From Acinetobacter phage vB_AbaM_ABMM1, in sequence record OQ471969.1: a stretch of 64,000 nucleotides of DNA. One strand, given 5' to 3'. Below are positions 38,217 to 46,605 of this stretch, piece by piece; position 1 is the first letter of the stretch, and each line of letters opens with the position of its first letter. The notes beneath the pieces are model-generated. The model was not told the origin of the DNA. It ran no database searches and worked only from the letters and a program-made list of their open reading frames with translations. Both the position numbers and the translations under genes were made by a program.

Positions 38217-38462
38217 CTAAGCCCTCAAATATTCTTCTTTAGTCCACTCAACAAACTCTTTATAAAGTTGTTGTGCTGGTTTATTTAAACGGTTGTTGTA
38301 GTCGATCGTTATGCGGCGCCAAGCTACTGGTACCGCATAATGCTTTGTTAGAAACATTGCTTGATCCATGCCTTTCCGGACTATTACGTAGCCCAGCAAT
38401 TGCAAGTAGTACATAAAACCAAGCACGTGTTTTTGACTTACTTTCTTGTACTGGTCTTTCAT
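38217..38462 (-). CDS. Hypothetical protein
   Basis: 81 aa. Confidence 0.4.
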   Translation of the reverse strand: MKDQYKKVSQKHVLGFMYYLQLLGYVIVRKGMDQAMFLTKHYAVPVAWRRITIDYNNRLNKPAQQLYKEFVEWTKEEYLRA

Positions 38463-38463
38463 A

Positions 38464-39423
38464 TTAGAAACCGTCCTCTAATAGATAATCAGGGGTAGGC
38501 TCTGTTTGAGTAGGAGTAGGATTCTCTAATTCATAGCGGCGTTTTCTGATATATCCCATGTACTTTGGTTGAATTAGCGGATCACGTGCAGCTACGTCTA
38601 TTTCCAGCGCATCTAGCGTTGTAAGGTCTGGTGCGTTCTGGATCTGAACCATTAGCGAAGGCGGATCACTCTCAGCAGGTTTGTTTTCTGTAAGCTCTGA
38701 CAAACGTTTATGGGTAGCTTGTAGCAAAGGCTCCATCTGTTTATCAGACCAAGTGCGGGTGTATCGATAAACTGCATTTACTTCGTCTGGTGTTTTTGAT
38801 TCTTTTACACGCTGAAGAAGGGCATCTAATGCCTTCTGATATTCAGGATCTACTTTAGGCTCGTTAGTTTCTGGAATTAATAGATCCTCAGATGTGGTGA
38901 CATTTGTTTGTTCGGTAATAACAATTGTTGGTTGAATTTCTGCAGAAATAACTTCAATAGGCTTTTCTGCTTTTGATTTTTTGCCTCTCTGTTTTTTAGG
39001 TTCCTCACCAAGACGAATAACACTTAAATCATTGTTGATTTCAATACCGAGTGCTTTTGAAAAAGCTTTTAATTGAAGCTTGGCGTTTTCTGCATCACGT
39101 TGAACGAAGCCACTGTTAATAGAATCAATTAATGCGTTAGTTTTGAAATCTAAAACATAGACCGTAGGTGAATATGTACTGATTACAAAAACTTCCTGAC
39201 CGTCTTCATACTCATCAATAGTTAATGGCTTTGTGAATGTAATGCCAGCCAGTTCAATAGTTTCGATTTTGATGCAGAATTCAAAACCCGGTTTGCCAAA
39301 AACAGAAGCGGGGAATTGATCTAAGTCAGAAAAGTCCAACATGTCTCCAATAGGACGACAAAGAACAGTTTTACCTTTTTGAAGAGCTGCAAATGCTTCA
39401 GCTGCAGTGATTAGATTATTCAT
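38464..39423 (-). CDS. Hypothetical protein of the recombination/early module
   Basis: 319 aa; basic KKQRGKKSKAEKP linker. Confidence 0.45.
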   Translation of the reverse strand: MNNLITAAEAFAALQKGKTVLCRPIGDMLDFSDLDQFPASVFGKPGFEFCIKIETIELAGITFTKPLTIDEYEDGQEVFVISTYSPTVYVLDFKTNALIDSINSGFVQRDAENAKLQLKAFSKALGIEINNDLSVIRLGEEPKKQRGKKSKAEKPIEVISAEIQPTIVITEQTNVTTSEDLLIPETNEPKVDPEYQKALDALLQRVKESKTPDEVNAVYRYTRTWSDKQMEPLLQATHKRLSELTENKPAESDPPSLMVQIQNAPDLTTLDALEIDVAARDPLIQPKYMGYIRKRRYELENPTPTQTEPTPDYLLEDGF

Positions 39424-40541
39424 GCTGTCATCCCCGTTTTAGCTAATGTTTCAATGTCTTGTTTAACTGCCTTAAGTTTTGCTGCTTCAATTTGAATAAG
39501 GGCATCGATACCTAAGTGCTCACATACTGTTTTTACGTCTAGGCCACGTTCAGCAATAAAGTTTTGAAGTTCATCTCTTTGTTGATCTGAGATACCGTTA
39601 AATTCAGGTGGACTAATCCAAGTGCCACGTTGCTTATCAAACGTGCAATTCAATGCTTTAGCCCTCATTAACATTGCTTGGCGCATGTTCTGGTAATACA
39701 TATGTTCTTTATCAAGCGACTCAGTTAATTGATTAAGGTCACCTGCATGCTCTGCTTCCTCACAGCTTTGTTTCCAGTTTTCTAGCTCTTCTTGGGCTTT
39801 AGCTGCTGCAAGTTGTGCAGGCGTTAAGGTGTTAATGTGATCTTTAGCTTGAGTAATCAGGTCAGCCAAGAAAGTTGGATGTGTTTTGAGATCTGGTACC
39901 CACACTTCACCAGTTTCACCGCCTAGTGCACCTGAGTTTTTCGCATGATGTGTAGGTGAGGGTTTGAAATTAATAACGCGGGCATTTTTACCTTCACCTG
40001 TGGTAACAGTTGTTAGATAACCCATGACATCTGCTATACGGTAAAGTTCGTTACGGTTTTTACCACCTAGATCTGGTCGGTAAATAATTTGATCACCGTT
40101 TTGATCTTCTGATGCGTGTGCAATGAAAACAACATCTTTACCTAAACTGATCAAAGTATTGATGTATTGCTTGAACGTTTGGTTCGCTAAACCTTGAGCC
40201 TTTAACTTTAAAGAACCATCTTTTTGACGGTTATTTGCCGTAAGTAACAGGTGGGTTTTAATGCATTCAAGCATTGCACCCACGGTATCAATGACTACGG
40301 TTTTATATGGTGCTAAGTCCTGCGGAGTAAGGTTTGCAACATCACTCCATTGATGAACCTGTACAACCGCACCACGACGTAATTCACCAGTACGGTGAGC
40401 ACCACGGTCAAAGTCAAAAGAAATTGCTTTTTCCGCAGTAAAGCCCATCGATGATTTACCTAAACCCGGATCAGCGTATAGGTACACAATAATTGCTTGA
40501 ACCAATAAAGTTTGGTCAGCAGTAATAATCGGTAGAGCCAT
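39420..40541 (-). CDS. Sak4-like (AAA_24) RecA-fold ATPase with a C-terminal extension
   Basis: Walker A YADPGLGKSS; start assigned to MALPIITADQ (aagga RBS; avoids a 71-nt overlap with the upstream ORF). Confidence 0.55.
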   Translation of the reverse strand: MALPIITADQTLLVQAIIVYLYADPGLGKSSMGFTAEKAISFDFDRGAHRTGELRRGAVVQVHQWSDVANLTPQDLAPYKTVVIDTVGAMLECIKTHLLLTANNRQKDGSLKLKAQGLANQTFKQYINTLISLGKDVVFIAHASEDQNGDQIIYRPDLGGKNRNELYRIADVMGYLTTVTTGEGKNARVINFKPSPTHHAKNSGALGGETGEVWVPDLKTHPTFLADLITQAKDHINTLTPAQLAAAKAQEELENWKQSCEEAEHAGDLNQLTESLDKEHMYYQNMRQAMLMRAKALNCTFDKQRGTWISPPEFNGISDQQRDELQNFIAERGLDVKTVCEHLGIDALIQIEAAKLKAVKQDIETLAKTGMTA

Positions 40542-40551
40542 TTTATTATCC

Positions 40552-40878
40552 TTATCTTGAGCCAGTGAAGCCGCGCTTAGTTTTATAAGCCTTGCGGTCA
40601 TAAGTAGGGATGTTTGTTTCACGCAGTTTTATTGCGAGCTGCTTTCTGCGTTGGAAATCAATTTCTTGTGTGAGTTCATTCCAAACTTTTGGATAGTCAG
40701 TTTGGAACCTGAACACATTTAAAGGCGTCTTAAATCCGTCTTTAACTTTGTAAAGAACTGAGCCATTAGCATTAGATGCGTACACTTGCCAGCCAATACG
40801 AACAGAGTAGAGGCCCTTATCATCACGGCCTAAAAATGACATGTAGCCGTCAGGGTGCTTTTTGAAATTAGACATCAT
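40552..40878 (-). CDS. Hypothetical protein
   Basis: 108 aa. Confidence 0.4.
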   Translation of the reverse strand: MMSNFKKHPDGYMSFLGRDDKGLYSVRIGWQVYASNANGSVLYKVKDGFKTPLNVFRFQTDYPKVWNELTQEIDFQRRKQLAIKLRETNIPTYDRKAYKTKRGFTGSR

Positions 40879-41318
40879 TAAACCTCCACCAACTTGTTAC
40901 GTTCGATGAAGCCTTTTAGAAGGTCATTGATGTTGCGGATGTCTTCAAATTCGGTGAAATCGTTATATGACTTACCATTAACATCAGTAATTTCATTTAC
41001 CGTGAGTTGAGTAATATCAACAGCGGTAAATTCAGAACCCGGAACGCCATAACTGTCTGGATGAGCTTCAAAATCAAAGCTAACGTTTAAACGGAAGCTA
41101 TCTAATTTAATTACAGCAACGCCAGAATGTTTACCTGTGATTTTCGCGGTTAACACACCGTAAGTACTTGGTTGAGTTTTAGGTGTAAAAAGAGTAGGTG
41201 CTTCTTTTGTTTGGAAAGCTGGCTGCAATTGGCAAGCAACTAAAGAACCACCTGAGATTGCAAGAGCAGCCATGCTGACAAATGCAAAGGAGTTGAAAGG
41301 GGTAGCTTTTACGTTCAT
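40878..41318 (-). CDS. Predicted lipoprotein, first gene of the leftward early operon
   Basis: Start assigned to MNVKATPFNSFAFVSMAALAISGGSLVAC (signal peptide plus LVAC lipobox); the six-frame ORF extends to 41390. Confidence 0.45.
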   Translation of the reverse strand: MNVKATPFNSFAFVSMAALAISGGSLVACQLQPAFQTKEAPTLFTPKTQPSTYGVLTAKITGKHSGVAVIKLDSFRLNVSFDFEAHPDSYGVPGSEFTAVDITQLTVNEITDVNGKSYNDFTEFEDIRNINDLLKGFIERNKLVEV

Positions 41319-41416
41319 AATTGATCTCGCAGTTTGCAAAAGCACATCAGATTTAGCGGTCGGTGTGCTTTTTTGTTGTCTACGAGACAAATATAGTTTT
41401 ATCTATTATTAGTGTC

Positions 41417-41529
41417 AATAGGTATAACTATAAAATGATAGGTGTAAATTTCTGAATTGATAGGTAAATCTATAAATAAAAAGCCCACCTTATAGGTGGG
41501 CAAATGTATAAAATTGTTTCTATAGGTGA
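41417..41529. promoter_or_regulatory. Operator-like array (OL analogue): five ATAGGT half-sites, three spaced exactly 21 bp apart
   Basis: ATAGGT at 41418, 41439 and 41460 (21-bp period) and at 41492 and 41522; the 17-mer ATAGGTATAACTATAAA is shared with the cI-cro intergenic region. Confidence 0.5.
41474..41501 (-). terminator. Terminator after cI (minus strand)
   Basis: gcccacc-ttata-ggtgggc followed by a T-run on the minus strand. Confidence 0.5.
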
Positions 41530-41534
41530 ATTTA

Positions 41535-42206
41535 TTAACCAGCTCGCCAAAATTGACGACCCATTACCTTAAAATTTTTTCCATTCTCTTCAGTAACTTT
41601 TCGATCTCTAAACTTTTCATTGAGACTATGAAGAATTAGAGACCCATCAGCCTCTTTAAAAATTTGCTTCAACATTCCTTCACCAGCGAAGTAAACAGCA
41701 TATATTTCACCGTCAATAACTTCAGTTTGAGAAATATCAATACCAACTAAGTCACCATCTTTGATGTAATCCATCATGCTATCACCTTTAGCTTTGATGA
41801 TACGCATGCAATCCTCAGAGACACGTTTTTCTTTAAAAAATGATGGTGGAAAAGGGATTGCTCCATTGATTGCATCAAAATGAAATTCAATAGATTCACC
41901 TGGTCCACATGAAAAATTAGCTTCCACTACGTCAATCCAAATGTAATTGTCTATTCCTTTATGAACCACTTTAGGTTTTACAAAATCATCTTCGGAAAAA
42001 CCATCTTCAGTTTTTCCAGTAGTTAGCCAATACGCATCTACACCTAAGTATTTTGCAATCAGTGGAAGGAAAGCAGACTTCAAGCTCTTACCACTTTCTA
42101 AGGCTTGATATGTGGGTTGTTTAATACCAACTGCTTCAGCTACTTCATACTGACTTTTACCAGCTTTAGTACGAGCTTCTTTGAGTCGAGTTGCCAAATC
42201 AGACAT
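41535..42206 (-). CDS. CI-like phage repressor (HTH plus S24 LexA-like peptidase)
   Basis: 223 aa; N-terminal XRE HTH; C-terminal KAKGDSM...K catalytic dyad arrangement. Confidence 0.8.
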   Translation of the reverse strand: MSDLATRLKEARTKAGKSQYEVAEAVGIKQPTYQALESGKSLKSAFLPLIAKYLGVDAYWLTTGKTEDGFSEDDFVKPKVVHKGIDNYIWIDVVEANFSCGPGESIEFHFDAINGAIPFPPSFFKEKRVSEDCMRIIKAKGDSMMDYIKDGDLVGIDISQTEVIDGEIYAVYFAGEGMLKQIFKEADGSLILHSLNEKFRDRKVTEENGKNFKVMGRQFWRAG

Positions 42207-42333
42207 AACAAAAACCTTAATTTGTTTGGAATTGGATTTTATAGGCTCAACTATAAAACTTCAAAAAGGCATACCTATTGACATATGATAGGTATAACTA
42301 TAAATTAACTATCAAAATAGGAGTTTGATAGTT
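42207..42333. promoter_or_regulatory. cI-cro divergent promoter/operator region (OR analogue)
   Basis: TACCTAT-N9-ATAGGTA palindrome; exact ATAGGTATAACTATAAA 17-mer; 10-bp perfect inverted repeat AACTATCAAA...TTTGATAGTT flanking the cro RBS. Confidence 0.55.
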
Positions 42334-42564
42334 ATGAGCCAAAATCTCATCGCAATCTATGAAAAATTAGTTGAGTTCTTAGGTGGCCAAACAAAGACAG
42401 CTCAAGTCCTACTTATAAAACAACCCTCTGTAAATGCATGGCTTAAAGGAAAAAACCAAATGTCCGAAAAGATTGCATTACGCGCTGAGCGTGTAACTAA
42501 AGGTCGTTTTAAAGCTTATGAGCTTTGTCCATCACTTTCAGAATTCGAAACATTAACCGCTTAG
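42334..42564 (+). CDS. Cro-like small HTH regulator
   Basis: aggag RBS then ATG at 42334 (the six-frame ORF begins at TTG 42325); divergent from cI. Confidence 0.6.
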   Translation: MSQNLIAIYEKLVEFLGGQTKTAQVLLIKQPSVNAWLKGKNQMSEKIALRAERVTKGRFKAYELCPSLSEFETLTA

Positions 42565-42574
42565 GACCTTACCC

Positions 42575-42895
42575 ATGAGCAAAGTATCAAATGAATTGCC
42601 TGCAAGCGCTAGCAATAACGAATCGCTCATATTGCAAGCACTTAACGCTAGCAACCAAAGACAAGTAGCAGAGATGATAAATGTCGATGCGAGCATCCTT
42701 TCACGGATGAAAACAGAAAAGAAATCAAATGGTTGGACTGAAATTGAGTTTATTAGCTTTTTGTTGACAGCCATTGGTTTGAAGGTTGTGCAAGAGAGTG
42801 ATGTGTATTGCTCACCTGAAATTGCAGAAGCAACGCGAGTTTATTTAGCACATGCATTCACTTCACCTGAATACATGCGGATTTTATTCAAATAA
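42575..42895 (+). CDS. CII-like/HTH early regulator (tentative)
   Basis: 106 aa; QRQVAEMINVDASILSR HTH-like segment. Confidence 0.4.
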   Translation: MSKVSNELPASASNNESLILQALNASNQRQVAEMINVDASILSRMKTEKKSNGWTEIEFISFLLTAIGLKVVQESDVYCSPEIAEATRVYLAHAFTSPEYMRILFK

Positions 42896-42944
42896 AAAAC
42901 CACTACCTGCGCGAACAGGAGTGGTTTATAGGCATTCAGTCGAG

Positions 42945-43244
42945 ATGAATCAAATGAATAAAACTAATTTATCAAATCAACAGCAAATAATCCAGAGCTG
43001 GTTTGAGCCGGCTCTCCACACACTTAAAGCATTAATCAAAAAGTGTGAAGAGAACCTAGAGCGAGTTAAAGCTGACAAGAAAAATGCCGCCGTAAAGAGA
43101 GATGACTTTAAAGAAACTTTAGTCCGTCAACATCGTATTACATATAACCATGCTGAGGAAATTATTAGAAGCCTTGGTCGTGCTGGGCGTATTCGCTTCT
43201 TGGGTAGTACATACATTCAGTTAAATGTTCAGGAGACCAAATGA
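42945..43244 (+). CDS. Hypothetical protein
   Basis: ATG at 42945 after a hairpin and aggag; stop overlaps the MTase start (ATGA); the six-frame ORF extends to 42852. Confidence 0.4.
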   Translation: MNQMNKTNLSNQQQIIQSWFEPALHTLKALIKKCEENLERVKADKKNAAVKRDDFKETLVRQHRITYNHAEEIIRSLGRAGRIRFLGSTYIQLNVQETK

Positions 43245-44155
43245 ATGAGTTGGCTCTTTTCGCAGGCGCTGGTGGCGGAGTACTCGCATCTTATCTCTTG
43301 GGATGGCGAACAGTGTGCGCAGTTGAACGTGATGCCTACGCCGCACAAGTTCTGGCGCAACGACAGAATGATGGAATTCTCGAAGCTTTCCCAATTTGGT
43401 CTGACATTACAACTTTTGACGGAAAACCATGGCAAGGAATTGTTGACGTTATATCTGGCGGCTTTCCGTGCCAAGACATCTCATCCGCGGGGAAAGGTGC
43501 TGGAATCGAAGGTGAACGTTCTGGGCTTTGGTCAGAAATGGCACGAATTATTGGTGAAGTACGACCTAGATACGTGTTCGTGGAAAACTCACCAATGCTT
43601 GTTTCCAGAGGACTTACACGAGTCATCAGTGACCTTGCCAAAATGGGGTATGACGCGCAATGGGCACGTTTTTCAGCATCTAACTTTGGAGCGCCCCATA
43701 TCCGTGACCGAATCTGGATTGTGGGCAACACCACTAGCAAGGGATTTTCGGAGTGGTCAATCCCAACGATGGGACAACCCGCATCGTTCAAGAAACTTAA
43801 ACGACCAAGTTGCAAAGTTCCCAACACCCAAAGCTTCGGATGGGAACAAACGAGGCAAGGTGAGCAATCATCCAAGGAACGGTTTAGCCGGCGTGGTGGA
43901 GAATTTGCCTACCCCAACTGCCTCAATGAGCAAAGGATCATCACCAGCGACGCTGACCAGGAAAGACGGCAAGAGCAGGGTAAACGATCGGCTCGATCAT
44001 CATGTAATGAACTCACATGGTGGCAAGTTGAACCCGAACTGGGTCGAGTGGCTGATGGGGTGGCCAATCGGGTGGACCGACTTAAGGCCATTGGAAATGG
44101 ACAAGTTTCAATCGTGGCTAAATGCGCATTTGAATTTTTAGGTGGTGCAGAATGA
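43241..44155 (+). CDS. DNA (cytosine-5)-methyltransferase
   Basis: Motif I LFAGAGGG, motif IV GFPCQDIS, motif VI ENSP, motif VIII GAPHIRDRIWIVG, C-terminal motif X-like RLKAIGNGQVSIVAKCAF; ATGA coupling at both ends; GC-rich island. Confidence 0.65.
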   Translation: MNELALFAGAGGGVLASYLLGWRTVCAVERDAYAAQVLAQRQNDGILEAFPIWSDITTFDGKPWQGIVDVISGGFPCQDISSAGKGAGIEGERSGLWSEMARIIGEVRPRYVFVENSPMLVSRGLTRVISDLAKMGYDAQWARFSASNFGAPHIRDRIWIVGNTTSKGFSEWSIPTMGQPASFKKLKRPSCKVPNTQSFGWEQTRQGEQSSKERFSRRGGEFAYPNCLNEQRIITSDADQERRQEQGKRSARSSCNELTWWQVEPELGRVADGVANRVDRLKAIGNGQVSIVAKCAFEFLGGAE

Positions 44156-45102
44156 ATTATTACCAACACCATATTGGTGACTTTAACAATGCGACTCGCC
44201 ACCTCAGTTTAATTGAGCGTGCGATTTACCGTGACTTATTAGACATGTATTACGACACGGAGAAGGCGATTGATGCAACAAGCATTGATCGTTTAGCACG
44301 TCGTTTGCAATGTACTACCGAAGAGCAAAAAGAAGCTCTCAAATATGTACTTGATGAGTTTTTCATTCTTGAAGAAGGTGTTTATCGCAATAATCGTTGT
44401 GAACGAGAAATTGCTGAATACCACGGGAAAAAGAAACAAGCGAGTGAGGCTGGTAAAGCGTCTGCTGCAAAACGTGCAGCGAAAAAGAAAGGTTCGTCCA
44501 ACAGTGGTTCATCAAAAGATGATCAATCGTCTAACGAAAATTCAACGGTCGTTGAAAATCCGTTAAACGAAGAACAAACGGGCGTGCAACCAACCAATAA
44601 CCATAAACCATTAACCATAAACCAAGAACCAATTATTGATAGTAGTAGTAATACGCGTGGAGAAAATTCGCAATTAACTCCAATTCAATTTGCTCAGTAT
44701 CAGATCGATGATCACAAACGCTATTCAATGCGTGAATTCATTTCTGAATACAGCGAGTTTCAATACGATTTCATTTCACTTGCTCAACAAAGATTTGTTT
44801 CTGTACCTGAAATCGACTTGAGAACCATGATTCAAAATTTCGGTGACTGGTACTTTGCAAACGATTCTAGTTCATTGAATACACCAAGCATCTGGTTGGT
44901 TAAGTGGTTCTCTTGGGTTCAAAACAACGAGAAACAAGTTGCTGCTAACCGCAAGAAACAAGAGCAAATCAATTCAGTTGGGCAAAAACCACAAGAGTCG
45001 GGTTACTTCGCTAATCTTTTTGAAGAACAGAGCGAATCTCAAATCGTGGATGTAACCCCAGCAAAAAAGTTTCCAATGATTGAGGAGGTAGGTCATGCAT
45101 GA
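44152..45102 (+). CDS. DUF1376 (YdaU-like) phage replication-associated protein
   Basis: N-terminus MNYYQHHIGDF...LSLIERAIYRDLLDMYY is the DUF1376 signature; K/A/S-rich linker. Confidence 0.6.
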   Translation: MNYYQHHIGDFNNATRHLSLIERAIYRDLLDMYYDTEKAIDATSIDRLARRLQCTTEEQKEALKYVLDEFFILEEGVYRNNRCEREIAEYHGKKKQASEAGKASAAKRAAKKKGSSNSGSSKDDQSSNENSTVVENPLNEEQTGVQPTNNHKPLTINQEPIIDSSSNTRGENSQLTPIQFAQYQIDDHKRYSMREFISEYSEFQYDFISLAQQRFVSVPEIDLRTMIQNFGDWYFANDSSSLNTPSIWLVKWFSWVQNNEKQVAANRKKQEQINSVGQKPQESGYFANLFEEQSESQIVDVTPAKKFPMIEEVGHA

Positions 45103-45844
45103 GATTACCTTGAACGAAGTGCGTCAATTAATCGCATCTCTTCGCACTGTTTACGCTGCTCAGTTCAATAAGCAATTTCCAGCAACAGGCGAAAAAGCAA
45201 TTCCTCTGTCAGTAGTTGAGCAAATTGCACTTAAAACACTGGTTGGCGTTCAACAAAACCAATTTAACAACGCACTTGCTCGATTACTTACAGCAGGTGG
45301 GCGTTTTATGCCGTCATTTGCTGAATTTCGCACCTGGTGTATCGGTGAAAGTTGGATGTCTCCAGAGGAAGCTTGGTCACGTGCATGTAAGTTTACGACT
45401 GACCGTACCGTGGTTATTACACAAATTACAAAATATGCATTAGACGAAGTGATGTATTTGATCGAAGCCGGCCAAATGCGAGCAGCTCAAGATAATTTCT
45501 TCGGAACCTACAACGTGATGGTGGCTAAAGCTCAATTGAAAGGTCGTCAGCAAGAGTTTTACGCTCCACCGCTACAACTAGAACACAAAGAACCTAAACA
45601 CGTTCCTGTGAGCAATGACGAAGCACAAAAGCATCTCAAATCTTTGATGGAACGGCTAAAGATTAACGGCCGTAAACCTACGCCAGTTCAAAAACTTGAG
45701 GCAAAAGAAAAAGAGCCTGAGCTTGCAAAGGAATTAGGGCCAGATCCTTTCGATAATCCACACGAATATGCCGAGATGTGCCGCCGTGAAGGTATGCCTA
45801 TTCCTCGAAATATTCTGCAGTTAATTGAAGGGGCGAATGTATGA
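45095..45844 (+). CDS. Putative replication protein (function unknown)
   Basis: 249 aa; follows DUF1376 in the replication module. Confidence 0.4.
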   Translation: MHEITLNEVRQLIASLRTVYAAQFNKQFPATGEKAIPLSVVEQIALKTLVGVQQNQFNNALARLLTAGGRFMPSFAEFRTWCIGESWMSPEEAWSRACKFTTDRTVVITQITKYALDEVMYLIEAGQMRAAQDNFFGTYNVMVAKAQLKGRQQEFYAPPLQLEHKEPKHVPVSNDEAQKHLKSLMERLKINGRKPTPVQKLEAKEKEPELAKELGPDPFDNPHEYAEMCRREGMPIPRNILQLIEGANV

Positions 45845-46248
45845 GCCATTTCCAAGATAAGCATGTGATTCATGTTGATGAACAAAATCAAGTTATCAAG
45901 TTCACACGTAGAAATGAGATTGTGGAGTGTGATCACGGGCGTATTGAAATATCAAAGGAAGATAATGAGATCCTTTGTATGGACTGCAATACAAAACTTA
46001 ATCCAGTTTTATGGATTGCCAAATATTTAGACCAATTGAATCAAGTCACCCAACGTAATAACAGAATGCTGGCAGAGGTCCGTGAAATACAGGCAAAGCT
46101 TGAAAAGAAAAATAAGTTTATGTGCAAACACTGCCATGAAGTAAACACTATTGATTTTAAGAAGCTTCCTTCACAAGCAGCTGTAGTGCGCGGTATGGCC
46201 GTAATTGATCAAGAGTTTGACGGTATGAAAGTGGAGTTCTGCCAATGA
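45841..46248 (+). CDS. Zn-ribbon protein (two CxxC pairs)
   Basis: CDHG...CMDC and CKHCH motifs. Confidence 0.4.
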   Translation: MSHFQDKHVIHVDEQNQVIKFTRRNEIVECDHGRIEISKEDNEILCMDCNTKLNPVLWIAKYLDQLNQVTQRNNRMLAEVREIQAKLEKKNKFMCKHCHEVNTIDFKKLPSQAAVVRGMAVIDQEFDGMKVEFCQ

Positions 46249-46529
46249 AATACAAAATTGGTGATAGAGTCTATGTAGATTTCAAATCATGTAATCGAAT
46301 GGAAACTGATGGAACTCATATTTTTGGTGAAGGCCAGATTGATAGGGTCGATGAAGACAATGATTTTCTAATTGGAAGACTCGATAAAGGTGGTTATTTT
46401 GGTTGTCCATCTTCAGATGTAAAACCTATTAATAAGTCATGTGTACACGGGTACGATGTTGCATGTTTATTATGTGGTTTTGGTCAATCTGAAACTACTG
46501 GTGAAAGAATCTGGCATACTCAACGATAG
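46245..46529 (+). CDS. Hypothetical protein
   Basis: 94 aa; overlapping start. Confidence 0.4.
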   Translation: MKYKIGDRVYVDFKSCNRMETDGTHIFGEGQIDRVDEDNDFLIGRLDKGGYFGCPSSDVKPINKSCVHGYDVACLLCGFGQSETTGERIWHTQR

Positions 46530-46605
46530 TATGTAAGTTATAGTTTTAAATTAAATAACAAGTTAAGCTCATCAATTGATGGGCTTTATTATTAGAGTGA
46601 ATTAA

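Noticed and set aside
43336-44202. Minus-strand ORFs of 179 and 97 aa across the methyltransferase gene
   Set aside because: The locus is a GC-rich island where stop codons are rare in all frames; the translations are Pro/Ser/Arg-rich with no motifs. Only the two plus-strand frames carry methyltransferase-like signatures.
44580-44640. Imperfect AACCATA/AACCATT repeats inside the DUF1376 gene
   Set aside because: It is a short degenerate repeat encoding a TNNHKPLTINQEP linker with no sign of regular periodicity beyond three units; it is probably compositional.
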